Positions 7,635-17,325 of a stretch of DNA of 64,000 nucleotides are shown piece by piece (position 1 is the stretch's first letter; each line of letters begins with the position of its first letter). The notes beneath the pieces are model-generated. The model saw only the letters and a list, made by a program, of their open reading frames with translations, was not told the DNA's origin and ran no database searches. Location: positions 4,252 through 68,251 of the forward strand of contig CAZRZB010000002.1 of NCBI GenBank assembly GCA_964604435.1, in the 5' to 3' direction. Made by a program: the position numbers and the translations under genes. This DNA comes from an uncultured Aestuariivirga sp. GTDB taxonomy: Bacteria > Pseudomonadota > Alphaproteobacteria > Rhizobiales > Aestuariivirgaceae.

Positions 7635-9911
7635 ATGGGCAAAAGTTTTGTGGATGGGCTCCTGAAATCGGCAAGATACGCCGATATTATCGATGCCAAG
7701 ACGTGGGGCGCTGTCAGGCGTGCATTCCCTGATCGCGCCTTTGATCGCTGGGCGGATGCGCTGGACCGCATTGCCTCTTCCATTCCGGAGCCATCGGCAA
7801 TCCTCAGTTTCGCAGCCGGCAGCATAGCCGTGGCGGAGACCTTTGGGGTGGATATGGCATCAACGGCTGGCCAGACTGCATTGACAATTGCCAAAACAGG
7901 GGGACCACATGCCGCCACGGGATTTCTGAATGCACTTCCCGGCGTATCGGCAGTCCTGAAAGAGCCCGCCACTCTCCGCATCTGGTTTCGCACGGTCGAG
8001 GAACTTTCCAGTCTTGCGCCGGAGTCCGCCGAAGTCATCATGCAGCAATCTGCCTCAATTCTCAGCCGGCTGAGTGTTCTTGCATTCCGCTCTTGGATTC
8101 TGAACGGCATAAAGCGCAGCGCCGGGGATCCAGCAAAACGCGTCGCCTACTTCTTGCAGACTGACACGCCGTCCCTGATCGCGTTTGAAAGAAACGCAGA
8201 CGACATCATGTTTGTGGATGCGGAGAGGTCCCTGCGGGCTTTTCTGATGGCACTTTGGAAATTGCGGCCGGCAATCCGAACGGCTACCGTTCGTCTTGGT
8301 GGACGGGCACCGCGGCGCTCTTCTTTCGATGGTACTTTTATCCGTATTCCCGAAATCTACTCCGGGTTCCGAGGTGATCAGGCAAGGGCCCACTACGATG
8401 CAGTATTGGCTCATATTGGTGCCCACATTGTTTACGGGCGCGAAAGATTCCCAGTAGGTTCGCTGAAGCCAATCCAGATCGCGCTCGTGGGGCTGATTGA
8501 AGACGCAAGGGCCGAAACTCTGGCAGCGCAGGAATATCCGGGTCTGCGCCGGCTTTGGAGCCGTTTCCATTACGCGCAGCCTGGTGCTGGAGTCACCGCT
8601 GAACTCCTCATGGCGCGCCTGTCGCGGGCTTTGATCGATGCGAGCTATGTCGATAACGATCCGTGGGTAAACAAGGGTCGAATGATGTTCTTTGAACACC
8701 GTAGCCAATGGGATGATCCTGCGATCAGCCGCAAAATCGGCGGGCTGCTCGGAAACGACATCGGGCAGATGCGCATACAGTTCAATGCCAAGACCTATAT
8801 TGTGGAACCTTCCTACCGGGATGACAACACCGGACTATGGGATTTCGGCGATCCGCCGCCAGAGGAAGCCCAGACCGCCGAAACCATTTTCGAATCAGTG
8901 CGCATCACGGAAAAGAACGACAAAGACAGCCGCGACCAGCGTGAGCGCAAGGACGACGACAATACACCAGCCAACATGGCCGCCAAGATGCGCGCGGTTC
9001 CCGAGGATGCAGGAATACCGATCGCACGTCATCCCGAATGGGACCATATCAGTGGCATCCAGCGCAGTGAATGGACAACCATCGTTGAATTCAGGCCTCA
9101 GCCAGCGTCTCCATCGGCTATCGACAAGATTCTCGAAGACTACGCAGATGTGGAATTGCGAATCGCGCGTTTGGTGAAAGCCGCAAAGATCAGCCGTCCG
9201 CTACGCATGCGGCGGCAGCCACAGGGTGACAGGCTTGATCTCGATGCCTGCATCAGGGCAACCATTGAACGTCGAGCCGGCATTACCCCTGATCCACGCC
9301 TGTATGAAACGAGTGTCATGCGGTCCCGCGATCTCACGGTTCTGCTGCTCCTTGACATCTCGGAATCGACCAGGGATCGCGTCAAGGATACGACGACTAC
9401 CGTAATTGCGTTGGAACGTGCCGCTGCAGCGTTGCTCGCTCAGGCGATGTCCGAACTTGGTGATCCCTTTGCGGTGCATGCGTTCTGTTCCAATGGACGC
9501 GAAGAGGTCAGATACTATCGCGTGAAAGATTTTGATGAAACCTACTCGAACACCACGCGCGCCAGGCTTGCAGGTCTCCGCGGGATGCTGTCGACGCGGC
9601 TCGGTGCGGCGCTCCGCCAGGCAGGTGCGGAAATCGAAGGGCAGGCCACGCACCGCAAGTTGGTCCTGGTGATTACCGATGGCGAACCGTCGGACGTCGA
9701 TGTCGCTGACAAAAAATACCTGGTCGAGGATTCGCGCAAAGCGGTTCACGAACTTTCGCACAAGGGTATTGATGTGTTCTGTGTGGGACTTGACAGTGGT
9801 GGTGAGAGCTACTTGCCCCGCATCTTTGGATCCCGCAATTATCTGATGATCAACCGTATTGAGGCATTGCCGCAAAAACTGCCAATGCTGTATTTTCGGT
9901 TGACCGTGTAA
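7635..9911 (+). CDS. cbbO: CbbO/NorD-type VWA adaptor protein
   Basis: 758 aa; LIEDARAE, YRDDNTGLW, HPEWD, C-terminal VWA with MIDAS (LDISEST, STRLG, ITDGEP); directly follows cbbQ. Confidence 0.85.
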   Translation: MGKSFVDGLLKSARYADIIDAKTWGAVRRAFPDRAFDRWADALDRIASSIPEPSAILSFAAGSIAVAETFGVDMASTAGQTALTIAKTGGPHAATGFLNALPGVSAVLKEPATLRIWFRTVEELSSLAPESAEVIMQQSASILSRLSVLAFRSWILNGIKRSAGDPAKRVAYFLQTDTPSLIAFERNADDIMFVDAERSLRAFLMALWKLRPAIRTATVRLGGRAPRRSSFDGTFIRIPEIYSGFRGDQARAHYDAVLAHIGAHIVYGRERFPVGSLKPIQIALVGLIEDARAETLAAQEYPGLRRLWSRFHYAQPGAGVTAELLMARLSRALIDASYVDNDPWVNKGRMMFFEHRSQWDDPAISRKIGGLLGNDIGQMRIQFNAKTYIVEPSYRDDNTGLWDFGDPPPEEAQTAETIFESVRITEKNDKDSRDQRERKDDDNTPANMAAKMRAVPEDAGIPIARHPEWDHISGIQRSEWTTIVEFRPQPASPSAIDKILEDYADVELRIARLVKAAKISRPLRMRRQPQGDRLDLDACIRATIERRAGITPDPRLYETSVMRSRDLTVLLLLDISESTRDRVKDTTTTVIALERAAAALLAQAMSELGDPFAVHAFCSNGREEVRYYRVKDFDETYSNTTRARLAGLRGMLSTRLGAALRQAGAEIEGQATHRKLVLVITDGEPSDVDVADKKYLVEDSRKAVHELSHKGIDVFCVGLDSGGESYLPRIFGSRNYLMINRIEALPQKLPMLYFRLTV

Positions 9912-9943
9912 CAATGCCAAGATCCTCGGGAGTTTGCGGAAAT

Positions 9944-10609
9944 ATGAAGCTTTACCTGGCGGAATTTCTGGGCACCGCCATTCTGGTCTTCTTCGCCGCA
10001 GGTTCCGTCATGGTTTGCGCCATGCTCGGCGGCCTTCCCGGGCCGCTGATATCGGGCGCTGCATCGGGGCTGGCGCTCATGATCCTTATCTGGGCGCTCG
10101 GCGGTGTCTCCGGCGCTCACTTCAATCCCGCCTTGACCGTGGCGCTGGCCCTCCTCGCCGACTTCCCGAGAAACCGCGTTCTCGGCTATGTCATTGCACA
10201 GATGGGCGGTTCGGCGCTTGCGGGGGCAATACTTTACTGGGCTTTGGGCTCACATGGCGGCATGGGCGCCAACTTGCCGAACACCGGACTGGGCATCACC
10301 GCCTTCAAGGCTTTCGTCCTTGAGAGTTTTCTGTCACTCGTGATGATGCTGGTTATCCGCGGATCCTTCGCGGCCGAACTTCCGTTCCGCCAGTTTGCGG
10401 CAATCCCCATCGGCGCGGTTGTCGGCATCGAGGTTATGCTCATGGGGCCCGTCGCGGGCGCGGCCATGAATCCGGCCCGGGCGTTTGGCCCCTATATTTT
10501 CCTCGGTGACTGGCAATTTTTTTGGATCTACGTGGGAGGGCCACTCCTTGGAGTAGTCACAGGCGGATATTTGTATGATTTTATCTCGAGAGCTGATACC
10601 CGGCAATAA
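9944..10609 (+). CDS. MIP family channel (aquaporin)
   Basis: AEFLGT, SGAHFNPA and AMNPAR motifs, hydrophobic segments; start could also be 9914. Confidence 0.9.
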   Translation: MKLYLAEFLGTAILVFFAAGSVMVCAMLGGLPGPLISGAASGLALMILIWALGGVSGAHFNPALTVALALLADFPRNRVLGYVIAQMGGSALAGAILYWALGSHGGMGANLPNTGLGITAFKAFVLESFLSLVMMLVIRGSFAAELPFRQFAAIPIGAVVGIEVMLMGPVAGAAMNPARAFGPYIFLGDWQFFWIYVGGPLLGVVTGGYLYDFISRADTRQ

Positions 10610-10668
10610 GCAGTAACCACGAAGAGCCCCAAAAATCTTCCTGACCATATATATTGAAGTTTTTATGG

Positions 10669-10697
10669 TTGACAGTACTCAAGTGGCGACCTAGCGT
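10669..10697 (+). promoter_or_regulatory. Putative sigma70 promoter of the second ANTAR-controlled operon
   Basis: TTGACA-N17-TAGCGT about 20 nt upstream of the first leader hairpin. Confidence 0.45.
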
Positions 10698-10717
10698 GTC
10701 AATTCTGCATCGTAGCT

Positions 10718-10795
10718 GTGACAATAGTGTCACGAACATCAGGCAACAAGAGCCCCGAAGATTGACCGCACCAGCGGTTGAGCTTGGGGCTTTTT
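10718..10795 (+). promoter_or_regulatory. ANTAR target leader 2: dual hairpin overlapping an intrinsic terminator
   Basis: P1 GTGAC-AATAGT-GTCAC (10718-10733); P2 GGC-AACAAGA-GCC (10742-10754); terminator AGCCCCGAAG..TGACCGC-ACCA-GCGGTTG..CTTGGGGC followed by TTTTT (10751-10795). Same architecture as 814-892. Confidence 0.75.
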
Positions 10796-10884
10796 GCGTT
10801 TTATGGTGAGCTCGGATTGTTTGGTTTCGTGCAGTTGCGCCAGGTTCCGCAATCAGGGAGCCGCCAGAGAGAGGTAACACCAAT

Positions 10885-12198
10885 ATGACCCGAGAAAGCG
10901 AACCTCATACGAGTCCCATCGCACACCTAGACGAGGAAACAGAACATCTTCTCGGACATGAATATGAGCACAGCCCGGTTCCAGCCTCAGCGAGGGTCAG
11001 CATCTTCTCGATGACGATGGTGTGGATTGGGTTCCCCATGATCATCACAGGGGCAATGACAGGCTCCATCCTTGTTCTCGGCATGGGATTTTCCAGCGCC
11101 CTCAAGGCCATGCTTATCGGCAATATCATCATGTTCATTTATGTCGGCCTGCTCGGCCTGCTGGGAACAAAGAGTGGCATGAACTTTGCCCTTATTGCCA
11201 GCATTGTTTTCGGTCGCAAGGGCTATGTGCTGGCGTCCGGTTTGCTTTCCACGCTGCTGCTCGGCTGGTATGCGGTGCAGACTGGCATTACCGGGGCGCT
11301 GATCAGCTCCACCTACAACATGAACTATGTGGCGATGACTGTGATCGCGGGCCTGCTCTATATCGCCATCACCTTCATTGGCGTTCGCGGGCTACATTGG
11401 ATAGGCGTCGTCTCAGTTCCGCTATTTGTCCTGCTCGGAATTTGGGTCGCCGCGGATGCAGCGAGTACGACGACCTGGGAGGCGATCTACAGCTACGCAG
11501 GCAACAATGGTGTGGCAACGATGTCGATGGGTGTTGGGTTGACCATCGTCCTGACGCTGTTTGTCGATGCCGGAACGGTGACGGCAGATTTCAACCGCTG
11601 GGCCAAGGATTCAACAAGCTCACTGGTTGCAACCTTCAGCGCCTTCCCATTTGCAAACCTCGTCGCCATGCTTGTAGGTGGCGTCATGACCGCCGCCCTG
11701 GCGGTGCCAAACGCGAACCCGTTCGGTGTTGACAACATGTTTGGCTACATGAATGGAAAGCAAGCGGTATGGCTTTCCGTCCTCGCCTTTATCTTCCTCT
11801 ATTGCAACTTGGGCTCGGTCTGCGCGCACTGTCTCTACAATTCAGCAACGGGATGGTCGCGAATCCTCGGCAGCAAGATGCGCCTCATGGCAATCGTCCT
11901 CGGTGCCATTGGCATCATGGTCGCCGCCGGGAATGTGTGGGCCTTCTTCATCCAGTGGCTGTCGCTGTTGGGCGTTTTGGTACCGCCGATCGGGGCCATC
12001 ATCCTGGTCGATCAATACCTGACGCGCCCGTCATCGGTTCAATCGGCCGATTGGCGTCCGCACGCCTTTATCGCCTGGGTCGCAGGATCGCTAGTTGCGC
12101 TATTCGTCGAGTTCAATGCACCGCAGTGGTCCACCGCCATCTCAGCTTTTCTTGTTGCGGGCGTGGTTTATTTCGCCATCAGCAAGATTAGCAAGTGA
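10885..12198 (+). CDS. NCS1/CodB-like (cytosine permease family) transporter
   Basis: About 12 hydrophobic segments; EYEHSPVP, GWYAVQTG, TADFNRW and LVPPIGAIILVDQY motifs. Confidence 0.8.
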   Translation: MTRESEPHTSPIAHLDEETEHLLGHEYEHSPVPASARVSIFSMTMVWIGFPMIITGAMTGSILVLGMGFSSALKAMLIGNIIMFIYVGLLGLLGTKSGMNFALIASIVFGRKGYVLASGLLSTLLLGWYAVQTGITGALISSTYNMNYVAMTVIAGLLYIAITFIGVRGLHWIGVVSVPLFVLLGIWVAADAASTTTWEAIYSYAGNNGVATMSMGVGLTIVLTLFVDAGTVTADFNRWAKDSTSSLVATFSAFPFANLVAMLVGGVMTAALAVPNANPFGVDNMFGYMNGKQAVWLSVLAFIFLYCNLGSVCAHCLYNSATGWSRILGSKMRLMAIVLGAIGIMVAAGNVWAFFIQWLSLLGVLVPPIGAIILVDQYLTRPSSVQSADWRPHAFIAWVAGSLVALFVEFNAPQWSTAISAFLVAGVVYFAISKISK

Positions 12199-12262
12199 TT
12201 TCCCATCTTTAATAGCAACCGGGGGTCGGCGAAAGCCGGCCTCCTCCAATGCGAGAAGCAAA

Positions 12263-13282
12263 ATGACACTTGATTATAAGATTTTTGAGCTCGGCTCAGT
12301 GCAGCTGCAATCAGGCGCAACGCTCAGGGATTGCAAGCTGGCTTACAAGACGTATGGTACTTTGAACGCCAAGAAAGACAATGTCATCGTTTACCCGACA
12401 TGGTATTCGGGTCAGCACACCGAAAACGAATGGCTCATCGGCGAAGGCATGGCTCTCGATCCGAAGAACTATTTCATTATCATCCCCAACATGCTGGGCA
12501 ACGGCTTGTCTTCCTCGCCAAGCAACATGCCGGAGCCCTATAACGCATCACGATTCCCGAACGTCACGGCCTATGACAATGTTCGTGTGCAGCATCGGCT
12601 GATCACTGAAAAATTCGGCATTGAACGGGTCAAGCTGGTGACCGGCTGGTCGATGGGTGCCTTGCAGACATTCCACTGGGGTTGTCTCTTTCCCGATATG
12701 GTCGAGCGTATTCTGCCATTTTGCGGTTCAGCAAAATGCTCACGGCACAATTTCGTGTTTCTTGAAGGCGTCAAGGCGGCGCTGACTGCCGACGCGGCGT
12801 GGGACAATGGCTGGTACAAGGCCAAGCCGGAAAAAGGCTTGCGGGCCATGGCCCGGGTCTATGCAGGCTGGGGTTTTTCGCAGGCATTTTACCGCGAGCA
12901 ACTGGATATCAAGACGCTTGGCTACTCGTCCCTTGAGGATTTTCTGGTTGCCTTCTGGGAGGGCTTTTTCCTGCCGAAGGATGCCAACAATCTGCTGACC
13001 ATGTTGTGGACGTGGCAGAATGGCGATATCAGTGCAAACCCGCAATTCAACGGGAATTTCGATAAGGCTTTGGGCGCGATCAAGGCCAAGGCCTTGGTAA
13101 TGCCGGGCCAAACTGATCTCTATTTCCCGACCGAGGACAGCAAGTATGAGGTGAGCAAAATGCCGAACGCGGAGTTCCGGCCGATCCCGTCAATCTGGGG
13201 TCACTTTGCCGGTGGACCCGGTACCAATCCCGTAGACGTCAAATTTCTGGACAAGTGCCTGAAGGAACTGCTGGCGAGTTGA
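12263..13282 (+). CDS. Homoserine-acetyltransferase-like alpha/beta hydrolase
   Basis: LAYKTYGTLN, nucleophile TGWSMG, acid DLYF, WGH histidine; YPTWYSG in place of the MetX HALTG motif. Confidence 0.8.
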   Translation: MTLDYKIFELGSVQLQSGATLRDCKLAYKTYGTLNAKKDNVIVYPTWYSGQHTENEWLIGEGMALDPKNYFIIIPNMLGNGLSSSPSNMPEPYNASRFPNVTAYDNVRVQHRLITEKFGIERVKLVTGWSMGALQTFHWGCLFPDMVERILPFCGSAKCSRHNFVFLEGVKAALTADAAWDNGWYKAKPEKGLRAMARVYAGWGFSQAFYREQLDIKTLGYSSLEDFLVAFWEGFFLPKDANNLLTMLWTWQNGDISANPQFNGNFDKALGAIKAKALVMPGQTDLYFPTEDSKYEVSKMPNAEFRPIPSIWGHFAGGPGTNPVDVKFLDKCLKELLAS

Positions 13283-13323
13283 GCGGCTGCTGCAAACGCA
13301 TCCGTCTCCGGTAAACGAGGTTC

Positions 13324-14784
13324 ATGGTCATGCAAGCTCACAACAAGATCGGCAGGATGGACGCCGTATCACTGGCGCGATCGATCCGCAAGAAAGAGAT
13401 CTCGGCCAGAGAGGTGACAGAAGCCGTACTTGCCCGGATGGACAAGCTCGAGCCGCATCTCCACGCTTTCTGTACGCCGACTGCTGACCTGGCGCGGCAG
13501 ACCGCGGCGGACATCGACAAGCGCCTCGCTGCTGGCGAAGATATGGGGCCCCTTGCCGGTGTGCCGGTCGGGATTAAGGATCTTGTGTGTACCAAGGGAA
13601 TCAGAACGGCATCCGGATCAGTCGTCTACAAGGACTTCGTCCCCGACGAGGACGATATCGTTGTCGAGCGTCTCAAGGATGCCGGAGCCGTGATTATCGG
13701 AAAGACCAATGTCCCAGAGTTTGGTTACAGTGGTGTAGGACACAATCCAATTTTCGAAACAACACGCAACCCATGGAATCTGGCGATGACGCCGGGCGGC
13801 TCAAGTGCTGGCTCTGGTGCGGCTGTGGCGGCGGGCGTGGGGCCCTTCGCCATTGGCAGCGACGGCGGCGGTTCCATCCGCATCCCGGCGGCGCATTCGG
13901 GCCTCGTCGGCATCAAGGCTTCGATGGGTCGCGTGCCGCTCTATCCAGGCACCAAGGACGAGCGTTATCCTGGGGTTTCGAGTTGGGAAAGCCTCGAACA
14001 TATCGGCCCTCTCAGCCGGACCGTTGCCGACAGCGCCTTGATGCTGTCGGTGATTTCCGGGCCGGACTCGCGAGATCGTTACAGCTTGCCGCGCGCCGAC
14101 TTCGACTGGATGAAAAGTCTAAATGGAGGAATTAAGGGGCTTCGCATCGCCTACAGCGCCGATTGGGGATATGCAAAGGTCGATCCGGAGGTGCGGCGCG
14201 TCGTCGGCGAAGCCGTCAAGGTCTTCGAGCGCGACCTTGGCTGCGTGGTTGAAGAGGCGAGCCCCGGATTCGAAGATCCCTACGGCGCATTCTGGGCCAT
14301 TGTGGCGATGGAGACGGATTTGCGCAGGATGCGCGAGTTGGTTGCTAAGCATGGCGATCAAATGACGCCACACCTGATCGACTTCATCCAGCGACCGTGG
14401 ACTGCCGAAGACTTCACAAATGCCATCATGACACGCAAGGCGGTCGTGAACAAGATGTGGAGGTTCATGCAGAAGTATGACCTTCTGCTCACACCTACCC
14501 TCGCAGTTCCTCCATTTCCTGTCCATATGCAAGGTCCCGAAAAAATCGATGGCTGCATCGTGCACCCGTTCAGATGGTTGGCCTTCACTTTTCCGCTCAA
14601 TTTTACTGGCCAACCTGCGGCCTCGGTCCCGGCTGGCTTCAGTGGCGACGGTCTGCCGATCGGCCTACAGATCATTGGTCGCCATCTTGATGATCCAACA
14701 GTGTTGAGGGCTTGTGCGGCCTTCGAGGAGGCCAAGCCTTGGCGCAATACCTGGCCACCATTGCTGGAGAAGCTTGACCTATGA
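13324..14784 (+). CDS. Amidase signature family amidase
   Basis: GIKDL, GKTNVPEF, PGGSSAGS, GSDGGGSIRIPA (Ser-cisSer-Lys triad). Confidence 0.9.
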   Translation: MVMQAHNKIGRMDAVSLARSIRKKEISAREVTEAVLARMDKLEPHLHAFCTPTADLARQTAADIDKRLAAGEDMGPLAGVPVGIKDLVCTKGIRTASGSVVYKDFVPDEDDIVVERLKDAGAVIIGKTNVPEFGYSGVGHNPIFETTRNPWNLAMTPGGSSAGSGAAVAAGVGPFAIGSDGGGSIRIPAAHSGLVGIKASMGRVPLYPGTKDERYPGVSSWESLEHIGPLSRTVADSALMLSVISGPDSRDRYSLPRADFDWMKSLNGGIKGLRIAYSADWGYAKVDPEVRRVVGEAVKVFERDLGCVVEEASPGFEDPYGAFWAIVAMETDLRRMRELVAKHGDQMTPHLIDFIQRPWTAEDFTNAIMTRKAVVNKMWRFMQKYDLLLTPTLAVPPFPVHMQGPEKIDGCIVHPFRWLAFTFPLNFTGQPAASVPAGFSGDGLPIGLQIIGRHLDDPTVLRACAAFEEAKPWRNTWPPLLEKLDL

Positions 14785-15242
14785 CCGCACTAGTACCAAT
14801 TCTCAGCCCTCGCCTTTATGTAGTGAGCATGCATGGGTAACTGGTCGAGAACGACCCAGCTCCCTGGAAATCCAGCGTAAGACTCTACCCAAGAACGATC
14901 TAATTACCGAGGGGCAGAGCAAAACAATTCAGCTAAATACTCGAGTTACCTGAAAGTTGCTGTAGGTGAACCGCCACCCGATTGTGTCAAAGACCCAAGT
15001 GAGAGAAACATGGGAGACATGTCCGCCTATGGCCCTTAGCGGAAGTACGATTGACCACGCCCTACGACTGATATCTGCTCCAAAGCGGACATCGTAAATT
15101 GGGTCAATCGTGCCTGCCTAATTCGCAGAACTGGGCGTTATGGAATAGCAGGCGAATCACGCTTGCATCTCGCAAGTGACATAATACTTTGAATCAGAAC
15201 GTGTTATCGTTCAGTCTTTCGTGAATTTTGAGTGAATGCGAC

Positions 15243-16223
15243 ATGGTTGAGCTTGCTGCTCTTGATTTGGTTCCGGTCTCAGAAGGAAAGACACCTGCCG
15301 ATGCATTGCGGAATGCCCGTGATCCCGCCCAACATGTTGAGGCCTTGGGATACAAAAGGTTTTGGGTGGCGGAACATCATAACATGGTGGGAATTGCCAG
15401 CGCCGCAACATCGGTCGTGATTGGCTTTATCGCGGCAGCACCCGCACAATCAGGGTTGGCGCCAGTGGAATAATGTTGCCAAACCACTCGCTAATGATAA
15501 TTGCGGAGCAATTTGGGACTCTCGAATCCCTTTAGCCCGGGCGCATTGATCTGGGCCTTGGCCGCGCGCCCGGTACCGATCAACAAACATGGCTTGCCCT
15601 TAGGCGCGACTAGTCTTCTTCGGAACGCTTCCCACAGGATGTCATCGAATTGCAGGCGCTCTTGGGGCCGTTACAGCCGGGCCAAACAATCCAGGCGGTT
15701 CCAGGCGCAGGTCTTAATGCTCCATTATGGATCTTGGGATCAAGCCTTTTCGGCGCCCAACTTGCCGCAATATTGGGCCTGCCCTACGATTTGCATCGCA
15801 CTTTGCCCCCGACGCGTTGTTTCAGGCACTGGACGTCTATCGTACGAAATTTGAGCCATCGCAACAATTAGCCAAGCTTTGCGCCATGGCCGGTGTGAAT
15901 TTATTCTTTCCGAAACCGATGGCGAGGCAACCCATCTCTTTTCATCAGTTCAGCAGCGGCTCTCCGATATGTTCCGAAGAGACCGCGGTTATCCCAAGCC
16001 GCCTATTGATGATATCGAGTCTTACTGGACACCGACGGAGAAGGCGCAGGCATCAACAATGCTGAGCTGTTCGTTCGTCGGATATCCAAGGACGGTTGAG
16101 GGCGCATTGAGGCAATTCATCGACAAGACCGCGATTGATGAGCTCATGGTTTCATCGGCGATTTACGATCACGCGGCGCGTCTTCGGTCTTATGAGTTAT
16201 TGGCGAGACTTCGGCTCAACTAG
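15243..16223 (+). pseudogene. LLM-class luciferase-like monooxygenase pseudogene
   Basis: [49 protein letters not shown] and FASHFAP are spread over different frames, with about 3 frameshifts and in-frame TAG stops. Confidence 0.85.
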
Positions 16224-16312
16224 GCCGTGTCACCTTGAACTACATCCTGTTTGGCAGCATGATACTGCATAAAGGGATATGGGAGCAGGGCACTCACGTG
16301 GAAATGATATCT

Positions 16313-16849
16313 ATGGTAAAAAAATCTTTACCCTTATCTCAGGTTTACCGTCTGATTGAGCCAGGACCGGTGGTTCTAGTTTCGACCATGAGCGGCAAAC
16401 GAGCGAATATCATGACGATGTCGTGGCACATGATGGTTGATTTTGTGCCGCCGCTTATAGCCTGTGTCATTAGCAACAGGGATTACACGTTCGACATCCT
16501 GAGTAAAACCAAAGAATGCGTGATCAACATCCCGACGGTGGAACTTGCCAAAAAAGTGGTGGCCTGCGGGAACACATCAGGACGAAATGTCGATAAATTC
16601 AAGAAATTCGGTCTTACATCATCTGCCGGTGCCATGGTGCATGCCCCGCTTATCGACGAATGCTATGCCAATCTTGAATGCAAGGTGACCGACACAAAGC
16701 TGGTTGCGCGATACGGGATTTTCATATGCGAAGTGGTCAAAGCATGGATTGACCGCTCACAGAAAAACCCCCGCACGATTCACCATCATGGCCGTGGTAC
16801 GTTCGTCGTTGATGGCGAGACAATCAAGCTGCCTTCTAAAATGAAATAA
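16313..16849 (+). CDS. Flavin reductase-like (FMN-binding split barrel) protein
   Basis: YRLIEPGPVVLV, NIMTMSWHM, CGNTSGRNVDKF, APLIDECYANLEC; start uncertain (16304 or 16313). Confidence 0.8.
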   Translation: MVKKSLPLSQVYRLIEPGPVVLVSTMSGKRANIMTMSWHMMVDFVPPLIACVISNRDYTFDILSKTKECVINIPTVELAKKVVACGNTSGRNVDKFKKFGLTSSAGAMVHAPLIDECYANLECKVTDTKLVARYGIFICEVVKAWIDRSQKNPRTIHHHGRGTFVVDGETIKLPSKMK

Positions 16850-17151
16850 TTTGAGATGGCTCAAATTGGTCTCTCTGGTCTTCTGTCGATGTCAAGATCA
16901 GTGGAATTGATGAAAAGAATCTTGCTCTGCATGCTGGCCGGATGTTTTGGGCTGTTATGACCAGACACAAGATTTTGATAGTCAGGCCATTCGCGGTTCG
17001 TTGACTGTGTATTTCTGACTCAATCACATCAAACTTCATGCTATTTGATGCTCATAGATATTCCAAAGGCCGATCCGAGGCGGTTCATGTTCCCCATCAT
17101 TTGATCTGATTGGCTTTTTCTGAACCAGACGATATGAGTATTGAACTGGGA

Positions 17152-17325
17152 TGAGCCTGGCCCCATCGTTGGATCGCGGCGCTGGGTTTTTTCAGATCTT
17201 CCTTGCTCAGACCGGGCCATTATCGCCTGAGCAATTCATCGTGCCATTGGTGGTTTGTTGCCGAGAGTACTGTGCGGACGCACTTCGCTGTAGTCTCTAC
17301 GCCAACCCACCATACTTTTTCCGGC
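17152..17325 (-). mobile_element. IS3-family right-end remnant (copy A)
   Basis: Terminal TGAGCCTGGCCCC; minus strand encodes WRRDYSEVRPHSTLGNKPP, an IS3 integrase C-terminus. Confidence 0.7.

Noticed and set aside
6819-9911. Reading cbbQ/cbbO as evidence of CO2 fixation or denitrification
   Set aside because: No cbbL/cbbS/cbbM, prk or norCB in the window; the flanking genes are amidase-related.
12263-13282. metX assignment
   Set aside because: The HALTG-type motif is missing and the context is catabolic; only the fold is supported.
14960-15000. TGAACCGCCACCCG resembling an IS end
   Set aside because: No adjacent transposase sequence or partner repeat found.
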